DNA from: Azolla caroliniana
Taxonomy: Eukaryota; Plantae; Polypodiophyta
Direction of reading: 5' to 3'
DNA: 21,063 nt
Assembly: GCA_043228905.1 (NCBI GenBank)
Contig: JBHGNT010000546.1
Span: forward strand, 1-21,063
The first letter of the stretch is position 1, and each line of letters opens with the position of its first letter. The translations under genes were made by a program, and so were the position numbers. Positions 1-9,638 of the stretch are shown one piece after another. The notes under the pieces are model-generated. The model searched no databases. It was not told the DNA's origin and worked only from the letters and a program-made list of their open reading frames with translations.

Positions 1-188
1 AGGAGGTTCCCCCAACGAGTGTCACAATCAATCCCCTTTAACTGACTTGATTGAAGTTGCAGGTTGTGACCTGATGGATGGATGTCCCCCGGCATCTCGC
101 CGGCCAAATAATGGTTTGGCCAGCCAGTAGTAGTACTTTGAGCCTGACACAGCAGTACTTTGAGCAATGTTAGGCTCAGAGCAGGCAT
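1..188 (-). CDS. Possible first coding exon of a divergently oriented gene, truncated by the window edge; product unknown
   Basis: A minus-strand ATG at 188 opens 62 stop-free codons to the edge: MPALSLTLLKVLLCQAQSTTTGWPNHYLAGEMPGDIHPSGHNLQLQSSQLKGIDCDTRWGNL. The segment is more GC-rich than its flank. On the - strand it is preceded by a (TC)n tract and a T-rich tract ending CCTAG|G, which looks like an acceptor. No recognisable domain. Confidence 0.35.
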   Translation of the reverse strand, partial: MPALSLTLLKVLLCQAQSTTTGWPNHYLAGEMPGDIHPSGHNLQLQSSQLKGIDCDTRWGNL

Positions 189-267
189 TGATCCTAGGAA
201 TGAAAATAAATAATAAATATTGAAAATAATCAAAAAAATAATGAAAATATCCGGACGACCAGGAACA

Positions 268-292
268 AGAGAGAGAGAGAGAGAGAGAGAGA
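268..292. repeat. (AG)12 microsatellite upstream of FAD synthase
   Basis: Seen directly. Confidence 0.95.
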
Positions 293-455
293 CTTTATTT
301 TATATTTTTGGATAATTTCTAATTTCTTAGCCTTCTTAATAATGTGTATGCGTATTTTGTATGTACTTTCTGCCTTCCCTCCTCATATATGTACGTCAAG
401 AAGAAACAGAGGGTCAGAGGCAGAGGCAGAGAGTAACTCCTTGTCTCATCGCGAC

Positions 456-3400
456 ATGGAGATATGGAAGGCAGTATCACAGAGCGGAGATGGAAGACTT
501 CAATCCAAGTATCAGCACTCCCTCAACATCATTGAGAGAACCCTCGCTCTCTACAAGTAAGTACAAAAGTGTAAGAGAAATAGTATCATCTTTGCGTTTC
601 TCTTTCCATTGCTACAAGATTGTTTGTATCATCGATTGATTTTGATTTTTTTAAGCGATGTGAGAACGATGAACTGATCCCGCATTTTCTTTCCTTCCAT
701 ATATTTATATAAACTCTCGTTTTTAAGTGATGTTATATGAGAAGAATGAATTAATTCCATTGTTCCTTTCCCTAGCTTTTACATAAGAATTTGTTTCTAA
801 GTAATATGATGTGATGTGGCAAGAATGAATTGCTTCTGTTTTTTGTTTCCGTAGATAGATTTATTCAAAGACATTAAGTGATGTGAGAGTGATGACGAAT
901 TGCTAATGATCTTTCTCTCTCTCCCTCTCTATCTTCCTTCTTCTTATTAACTTTGTATGATGACTGCTTAAAGATTAATTGCGAGGATTATGTAGAAAAT
1001 CAAAGACTCATCCTCATCAAGGATTCATAAGAGGAAACTTGATACAAGACGAGACGATATCATTGTCAGTGCGATGTGCCCATAATATTCTATTATTTAT
1101 TTTTTAGTGAACATTGATCATATAATCAAGTTGATGTAATTTCACCAAGTTTTCTCTTTTTCTAATACCGGATTTCATAATATATACAACCATTATATTA
1201 GTTGATTACAATGTTTTGATTTTAATCATTTACTGGCTTTAAAAAATATATTTTTGTCAGGTTTGATGAGCTTGCCTTTAGCTTCAATGGTGGCAAGGAT
1301 TCCACGGTAACTCTGCGGTTCATAATGAAAGATCTTCCTTTTGTTTTATCTAGTTTATCACAACTTCAACAGGAAATAACGTTTAGGATGTTTCTGTACA
1401 GGTTTTATTGCATCTTCTGAGGGCAGGATACTCTGATGTGAGATTTAAACAGAATTCAATTGAAGGAGACAATTCTGAAATGCAGAATAATCACTACCCC
1501 ATAAGGACGATTTATTTTGAAACGCCCGATGCATTTGAAGAAATTGATTCTTTTACCCATGATACAGCAAAATTGTAAGCTGAAAAGAAATATATATGCT
1601 CGTGTTTTTTATAGGCCATTTCTTCATTGGAATATCTGATGCGTAATTTAAAACCTCCTTTATTTTATACAATAAATTTTAGTCCCATCTTCAGTTGTAC
1701 CATTTTGTATGTAAAAGAAATGTTCAAGAAACGCATTCAAAATAAACTTTGGTTGAACTCGCTTGATAGAGTTACATAGTTCACAAGGATGCCATTTGTG
1801 CTATAAATATATTTTATCTTGTTGAACAGGTATAACCTAGAAATGGAGATTATCAGACTCGATTTCAAATCAGGAATAGAGGCATTGTTAAGAAAGAAAC
1901 CAATCAAAGCTATTTTCCTTGGCACTCGCATTGGGGACCCAAATGCGGTAAGTGAAAATCTTGTAAATTTTGTGTTCTGATATGATCTATCACACTAAAA
2001 ATATCGTCTTTCTGGTGTCTAAGGTTGGCCAAGAACAATTTTCTCCAAGTTCTGCTGGATGGCCACCCTTTATGCGTGTGAACCCAATATTGGATTGGTC
2101 ATATAGGTTCTTTTTGTATATTCTCGGTAGTTTCTTGCGAACAGTCTACACTTGGAAGGGAATTAAATCTAATCTTTTTTTAATGCAGAGATATATGGGC
2201 TTTCCTATTGGCTTGCCATGTTCCGTATTGCAAACTTTATGACCAAGGGTAAGGTGCCGGGTTAATATGGAAGTTCTTCTTAATTGTAAGTTTTTTTGGT
2301 CATGATTAACAATGGTATAAATAAAATATTCAATGCAAGGTATACATCAATAGGAAGCATTCATGATACGGTACCTAATGGAGCATTATACATAGAAACT
2401 CGTCAAAATGAAGGTATAAAACATAGATTTAGGCCAGCATACATGCTGCGAGATGGAAGATTAGAAAGGGCTGGACGGTTGAAAAGAAAACAGAATAATA
2501 AGGGGGAAAAGGAGAGCGATCCTGAGAATTTTCCATGTGCAAATAGTCTATTTGCAGCATCAATTCTGGTTGTAGGTGATGAAATCCTGTATGTACTTTC
2601 TTTTCCTTTTTCTCTCTCCTTTGTTTCTCAATACAGAATTTGAGGCATCCTTGTGTATGTTAAATTTTGGTCGACTGGATTGTATCCAGACAAGGAGAAA
2701 TTGAAGATCAATTGGGTCCTTTCCTTAATAAGAAACTATACTCAATTGGTTGGGCTGTGATGCATCAAGGAACAATTTTGAATGATGTAATGATGTGTTG
2801 TTTTAGCATTCTATTTTAAATTTATCAGAGCTCATTAAAGTCATCTTATTCCAAGATTTGGAATGAGTCATGTTTTTGTCTGCAATTACAGATCAATGCT
2901 ATCTCAGAAGAAGTTGAACAACAATCAAAAGCTAGTGATATTGTAAGACATTTATTTTGTAGGAAGGATAGCAATGCAAAATTACAAGATGTCTATGAGG
3001 TCTAAAGGATTTATGCAAAAAACCCTTGCTTAAAGCCAGAAAGAGCAAATCTAAAGTGAAAGTAGTATTGATCCTCTTAATATGCAAAGGTGTTTCAAAA
3101 ATAAAATCCTTCTTTATTGCACATACATTGAATGCAACTTGCAAGTGATAAAGAAACAATACAAAATGTTGTGCTTATATACCTTCTATTGCTATATGTA
3201 TGCATACATGTACATATAACATACATACGTACACCACGCATATATGTGTGTATGTATTTTTATATGCATATATGTATACAGATTGAAATAGATGTAGATT
3301 ACATATATATGGATGTTTTTCTTATTTAGGTCTTTATTGCTGGTGGTGTTGGCTCGACACATTCTGATGTTACATTAGCCGGTGTTGCAAAGGCTTTCGG

Positions 3401-6400
3401 GGTTCGGCTGGTTAGATTCTTGCTTGAGGAGTCCCATTTTTAGATTTTCATACTTCTGGTTTTCGTTTTAAATATTGCCGAAGTTTTCTTTGGATTTTTC
3501 TTTTTTACACACCAGGCACCGGATGACGAGTTTGAGGAATTCTTGAGGCAGCAAGAAGGAATGCGTTGTCCTGGTGATCAGAATGAGGTTGGAGTCTTGA
3601 GTGTTCTAAACGCAGATGCACAAAACAATATGAATTATCACTTTCTTTTCATAATGATGATGCTTATCTAATAAAATTTGAAACTATGTATAATGTAGAT
3701 GGCAAGGTTGCCAGAAGGTATTACAGAGCTGTTGTATCATAAGGATTTAACTGTGCCTGTGGTATGTGCCTCTTTCTTTACCCATTCATTCTCATCTATT
3801 TTGGAGATATGATCAATTTATTGTTTTTGCATCTTATGCCGTCAGAGTCGTCTCATTAAATGATATATTGTCATTTGCAATCCTTATGAGAAATTTGAAC
3901 ACATTAAATCACAATGAATATAGATAATCTTTTTTAGTATAACCAATACAACCAAGTCCCGATTTATAGTTTCTTAGTGAAGAGAGTTTTGCATATAGAT
4001 GTTGGAAAATACTTGGTGTGATCCAGAGAGGAAAGGAAGAAACTGATCATGAAAATGCTAACAAAATAGCATTGCTATATTTTGGACTGAAATAATTTGA
4101 ATGCCAAAGACCAGAGCATTTTTATTATATCTGTGTTTCTGAAGTGAATCTTTGGCACATCGAAAATTTTGATGCATTTTTCTCCACAACAATCTAATTT
4201 TGTAGCTTTAGAAATCTGATGCCAGTGTAGTGAACTTCAACCTGTAACTGGAAAGCCTGCTCAATGCACCAACAGACACTCTATAAGAGTGAAAATGTCT
4301 AAAGAGACATGACAAGACATAAGCAACTGATAACAAGTTGCCTGTTTCATGAGAGCAATGAAAGAAAATGCTATGAGCATATGCCTAAATATTTTTCCTA
4401 AAAGTATTTTTTCTTAGGACTGTGCACAACAGTATGGAAACAAAAGTTTGTTTGTGCTAAAGTTACCTGAAAATTTTCCTATTCATGTGAATTTGTCGAT
4501 CTAACAAAAAGTTTGATTGTAAAATAGAAGTCACCACTCTTCAAAAGTGTTTGCAAGTATAAGGAAAAACAAAAAGAGGATCATATGAATGAATGAGATG
4601 GTGTTTCTCCTTCTTATGAAGAACCTGGCCTTTGATATATTCTGATTTCTTTCTTGTGTTAAATATTTTTCAGATAAAGTGTAAAAATGTTTTCATATTG
4701 TCTGGGACAACTGTCAACGACTTGGAGTTACAATGGCAATGTTGGCTAGAATTAAGCAAAGGCATAGACTTCTTTCCATGCAAAGAGTTTGTATCAGTTA
4801 GTCTTCATACAAGTATTCCAGAGGTCTCCTTTTTTTCCTTCTTTTTTGTATTTCCTTCTGTTTACGAAGCTATTGTAAGTGAATGCTAATTAACATACTT
4901 ATTTGATACGTCAATTTAAATTTCTATTTGAAAATAACATCAAAATTTGTTGGGTGTTTACTGGAATACTCGTACGGCTTCAAAAATGTACCAAAATAAC
5001 TAACCCTCTGTAGTACAAAATGTAAACTGCTGCCATGGGGTGTACATTTTCTTTTTTGAAAAGTTAGGGGTATTCGGATAGATACCCAATAATAAGATAG
5101 AGGTATTTTTACCCATGAAATATTTGTCTATTCTTATGTGTGGAAATATGTGTGTAAAAACTTAAAGGGTGTGCTCATACATTTTTAAAAACTTGGGCTA
5201 TGTTTGGGTTGTGTCCAAGGTATGACTATTTTTTAAGGCACTTCTTACCTTTCAAATAAATGTGCTATTATGCATGGAATATGTGTGAAAACTAACAAGG
5301 GTGTGCTCATACATATTTGAAAATTTAGGGCTATGCTGGTAAAAACCAATCAACAAGATAAGGGTATTTTTGTGTTTTTGCCTTGAAATGATTGTATACG
5401 TCTGCATGGACATTGTGTGTAGGTTCTCTTCGCTATCTGGGAATGAATGGATCACAAGGTATACGTTTGAATCAAGGAATTAAATAAAAGAAGCCTTTCT
5501 TGTTTTTTCTTTTTGCAGTTAGAGCTTGCTGGTCCATTTGCAAAGATAAGCACAGACTATCCAGATGTTTCTACTGGTATAGATAATTGTTTCAGTTTCA
5601 ATTCCGTTTTTTAGCGATGAATATTTAAGCTGGTTTGTTGTCTTTTCTCTAAGAGACAAACAATGGTTAAATATAAATAAATAAAAGATGTATTAGCTTT
5701 TTGTTTCTATAATCAGGTTGTTATCGTGAACCTCAGCATCTGAAGAAAAGCTTAAAGGGATTGGATAGCCAGACTCATCTAGTATTAACATTTGTTAGCA
5801 AGGTAAACACAAAACATGTACATACATACATACATACATACATACATACATACATACATACATACATACATACATGCATGCATCCATGCATCCGTGCATG
5901 TCTAGTATGTTATGCATGCAAACATGACATACGAGCATGCATAGCATACGCACACGTAGGTATATGCAACAAAATTTTCAGATTTAGTTTGATTGCAAAT
6001 CTATTTTAAAAAGAAAGAAAAATATGAAGTTCCCTATGGATTGTAATATAGTGATCCCCGCTACATAACCAAAACTGTTCCCGTGGAAAAAATAGAGGAT
6101 AGAGAAGTCTCAATTACTAGTGTGTTTTTGAGTAAAAGGACCATATTTTTGTGCTTATAACTAACAACACAAAATATTCACCAGGGAGACCTTATGTAAG
6201 GTAAGGTAAAAATCATGAAGCAATAATAGATTAATATCTTCTTTTGGGATTTTTCGAGGTTGTATGTTCAAATTCAGCTTGTAGGAAAGGGTGTTTTACA
6301 CGTATGAACATTAGTTTTACTTAATCGTTTTGCAATATAAAATGCAGAACATTGGTCAAGTCCATATGGCCATTGATGCGTTAAAATCAGTGTTCCCAGA

Positions 6401-6419
6401 AGGAAGCTTTTTTGAATAA
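456..6419 (+). CDS. FADS1: FAD synthase (FMN adenylyltransferase; PAPS-reductase-like N-terminal domain fused to a C-terminal molybdopterin-binding/CinA-like domain), 16 exons, 519 aa
   Basis: Exons spliced by hand, all GT-AG and in frame: 456-556, 1261-1306, 1402-1574, 1830-1947, 2024-2106, 2189-2248, 2340-2588, 2690-2786, 2892-2942, 3330-3410, 3516-3587, 3699-3761, 4674-4823, 5519-5576, 5717-5802, 6348-6419 (1560 nt, TAA at 6417-6419). The protein starts [19 protein letters not shown]. It has the PP-loop [75 protein letters not shown] and DGRLERAGR. The C-terminal domain has [28 protein letters not shown] and [12 protein letters not shown]. This is colinear with plant FAD synthases of the Arabidopsis At5g03430 type (recalled, not searched). 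Confidence 0.95.
652..950. repeat. Degenerate ~72-77-bp tandem repeat (4 units) in FAD synthase intron 1
   Basis: Units start TAAG(C/T)GATG-like at about 652, 724, 798 and 875. Each continues ..GAGAAGAATGAATT.. followed by a pyrimidine tract. Confidence 0.65.
5819..5874. repeat. (TACA)14 microsatellite in FAD synthase intron 15, decaying into CATG/CATC variants
   Basis: Seen directly, 16 nt downstream of the exon 15 end. Confidence 0.95.
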
Positions 6420-6829
6420 AAAGCTTGGAAGTGATTATTCCCAGCTCTTTGGTAACTTTGGTCTCATTAGATCGATTCTTTGGCTGCCTCTTGAAGGTGT
6501 GAAATATAGTATTTCATTTCACCTCATCTCTTCTTCTTCTCTTCATTAATGATTTTTGTCTCCATTAGAGAAATTTCGATTCCTCATTTTTTTAATCACT
6601 ATTTGCCAGGATTTTTCAAACAATTGCACTTCCTTTGAGAAGTATATGCCTTGTGAGAAGGTATGCAAGAGTTGTCAACTATATATAGAGAGATGTCTTA
6701 GAACTCTATATATAATTAACAATATCTACACTTCAATGAAGTCACATATGTTACTGATATATATCTTACAATAAATTGATTTGTCTACCAATACAATAAG
6801 AATGTTACACTGGGAAACCCTCATGTATT

Positions 6830-7230
6830 GTAAACACCATTTGAACCTGCTTTTGTGTGGGAAGCAACATACTTTGTAATTTTTTAACGTTTTAAGGATT
6901 ATATACATATAATCCTTACTTTGTTGTACATTTATATGTGAAGGCACTAAATTGGTATTAACAAATATCATCCCTCTTTGTGGTAGAATTATGCGGCACT
7001 CAAGAAAGAAATACAATATAGTCAAAGTAGGCGAACATCTTGTGAGTTCAAAACTAACACTTTTCTTGGGGTGTATGAATGGCTGTCATTTGATTCATTG
7101 TAATCATTTTCATATAGTACCCAATTTTGTTCACAAGTAATGTCGAGACATAAAATGGCAACCTCTAGCATTTGTTGTCCAAGTACCTTGGCACTCACAT
7201 GAATATCATTAGAGGAAGCCACAACTTCGA
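6830..7230 (+). mobile_element. Possible very old LINE reverse-transcriptase remnant
   Basis: Weak, ordered resemblance to RT motifs: HTL*FFNVLRII, VKAL (KAFD-like), VKVGEHLVSS...LGCMNGCHL (GVxQGCPLS-like) and SKYLGTH (KYLG, about 7177-7197). No YADD motif seen. Confidence 0.25.
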
Positions 7231-7879
7231 TTTGCTAGGTTGCAACAAGAATGTTATTGTCATTGACCTTTGTCACACCCCTTAATGCAAAGAAGGGTTA
7301 TGGGCCTAAATCATTGCCAAAGAACTAGACATGTATATAACTTGCATTGGTACTTCATTTGGAAAAAAAAAAGAGTTTTGTAAAGAGTTCATTGGAATAT
7401 ACAATGATCATATTATTTTTCTTCCAAACACAATGTAACTTTGTGCAACACATATGAATCAATCTCATAAGCGGAAGGCCATTAAGTTTCACATGTATGA
7501 AATTGACATGTAGCGAAGATAAACTAAGTTTGGGGAAAGTAGTATTTTCATGCATTTATGTTGAATGTTGTTGGCCTATCAAAGTGCCATATTATATTAC
7601 TTTGGCTTGTCAAAACATTTATTTGTGCATTTTCATTCGATCTCTTTCTCCCCAATTTTTGAGAGTCCTTATTTTTGAACTATGAATGTGAAAGCATATT
7701 TTAAGTAATTTATAACATATTTATTTGTAGTGATCATTGGTAACATTTGAAATGTCAAAGATTGCATGAAAACAAATTAAGAATTGGAAACTTGATTAGG
7801 TAGGATAAAGAGTTGCACGTTGTTTATGCTAAAATTTTGATATGCAATGACCCATACTCTAGATTTGCACCTATTGAGA

Positions 7880-8400
7880 GCATATATGTGTGTGATTTTG
7901 TAGTAGAAGACAAATTCTCACAACCATATATGCTCCACATTGTAATGTGTATTGTCCTCATCCTCAAGTTTTAAGTAGGCCTCTCTAGCTCCACTCTAGA
8001 TTGCAATGTCATGGTTGCAGGTATGGAGGAGAGGGATTTGATCATCATACTTTGAATGACATAGGAATTAAGGTATGTTGTTGGGTATGTCTCAGCATTT
8101 CTTTTTGAATGCCAAAACAAATTGAGTTTTATACAAGTGCATTGGCATTGTAATCCGGTGTTCCTTGCATCGTCATTCAATCTTATTTTTTAGAATATCC
8201 TTCGTGATAGTGTAAGTAATATGCCTTCTCTAATTTGCTACTAGATTTTCAAGATTGGATGGATGTGAATCCTTCATTCTCACAAGTTATTGTGTACTAT
8301 CATTAGTACCTCTAGTTCAATGGGTCTCATCCCATTTTCTATGAGTAACATTGAGTATGGGAACTCACATTAGAGCATTGTGGTAAAAAACTCTCAAAAT
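7880..8400 (-). mobile_element. Highly degenerate LINE ORF2 3' fragment
   Basis: The minus strand reads FPYSMLLIENGMRPIELEVLM (about 8363-8300), then IPLLHTCNHDIAI*SGAR (about 8040-7985). These are the same two motif types, in the same order, as the 18815-19325 fragment. Confidence 0.45.
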
Positions 8401-8682
8401 ACCCCTTGTTTTCAATGTTATATACTTAGGGTATCCATATGTGATAGTATTCTCTAATTGGTGTTGGAGATTTGCAACTGTTTTAGTAAGCAAAAGTCAA
8501 GGTTTTTCTGTTATGTTGTTTAGCCCATTCGGTAACCACATGTCGTGGATGTTTTAGGGATATAAACATGGGCAAGTACAAGGTTTGCTCCGATAGCCAA
8601 CACAAAGCTTATGGTCTTTTATTCTCTATGATTTTCCTTTCAAAGAGTGTTAGACCAAGGCGAGGACAATGGGTACATGCAT

Positions 8683-9098
8683 GCACAGACACAAACATAG
8701 ACACAAACATCAACATGACACAAACAACACAAACACATATATATAGGCAACCGACAAAGCGCATATGCATAGACATCAACATCGAAACAAATTTAGACAC
8801 AAACACACATACATATATGTACAGGCAACCGGCAAAGTGCACATGCATAGACATTGGCACCGACACAACAAACCGACAAAGTGCATATGCATACACATCA
8901 ACACCGAAACAAATTTAGACACAAACACACATATATGTATGTACAAGCAACTAACATAAGCGCACATGCATAGACATCGACACCGACACAAACATAGACA
9001 CAAACAAGACACAAGCACACATATATATGTATAGGCAACCAACAAAGCACACATGTATAGAGACTAGTCAGCACTGACACAAGTAGTAGACACAAACA

Positions 9099-9140
<42 letters not shown>

Positions 9141-9300
9141 TGTATATGTACAGGCAATCGACAAAGCGCACATGTATAGAGACTAGTCGATGTCGACACA
9201 AACATAGACACAGACAAGACACAAACACACACTTATATCAGTATAAGCAATGGACAAAAGGGCACATGTATAGAGATTGATCGGCGCCGACATAGACACA
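8683..9300. repeat. Degenerate GACAC/CA-rich minisatellite, about 7 units of roughly 50-120 bp, upstream of MPP-beta
   Basis: A core GGCAACCGACAAAGCGCACATGCATAGAC..CACCGACACAAAC recurs at about 8746, 8823, 8871 (partial), 8946, 9033, 9152 and 9246. It includes (AC)17 at 9102-9135. Confidence 0.85.
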
Positions 9301-9518
9301 GATAAGAGGGGTACGATTCCGGCATGTGCGCTCTGCTCTCCCTTCATACATATGTATAATGTATATATATTATGTATTGATGGTGATGATGATGAGGAGG
9401 TGGTCTTCTTTCCACATGCTCTCTTGCAATTTTTTTTTTAGGGGCTAGAAGAGCCACGAATGGTTTTGTCCGGACAAAAACAAACACAGGTGTGAAACGG
9501 AAGGAATGAATGAAATGC

Positions 9519-9588
9519 CTTTCTTCTTATTATTCTTCTTCTTCTTCTTCTCCTTCTTCATCTCTCTCTTTCTCAGAGGCTGCAGCCT

Positions 9589-9613
<25 letters not shown>
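9519..9613 (+). promoter_or_regulatory. Pyrimidine (Y)-patch/(TTC)n followed by (AC)12 in the MPP-beta core promoter or 5' UTR
   Basis: CTTCTT-rich tract at 9519-9574 and (AC)12 at 9589-9612, just upstream of ATG 9639. Y-patches are typical of plant transcription start regions. Confidence 0.55.
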
Positions 9614-9619
<6 letters not shown>

Positions 9620-9638
9620 TAGCCAGACAGACCCAGCG

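Noticed and set aside
361-639. 92-aa ORF overlapping FAD synthase exon 1
   Set aside because: It is an alternative frame running through the donor into intron 1 with no recognisable product. It would matter only as an overlapping uORF if the transcript starts upstream of 361.
951-1048. Possible intronic C/D box snoRNA (ATGATGA at about 957 with TTGTA/TACAA ends)
   Set aside because: The D box would be TTGA rather than CTGA, the stem overlaps the C box, and I recognised no rRNA-complementary guide.
8568-9173. Several overlapping ORFs on both strands, rich in C/V/H/T
   Set aside because: They are translations of the CA/GACAC minisatellite, with low complexity and no domain.
8683-9300. Repeat-spacer appearance reminiscent of a CRISPR array
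   Set aside because: The repeats are degenerate, the spacers are related to each other and of irregular length, the context is eukaryotic, and there are no cas genes.
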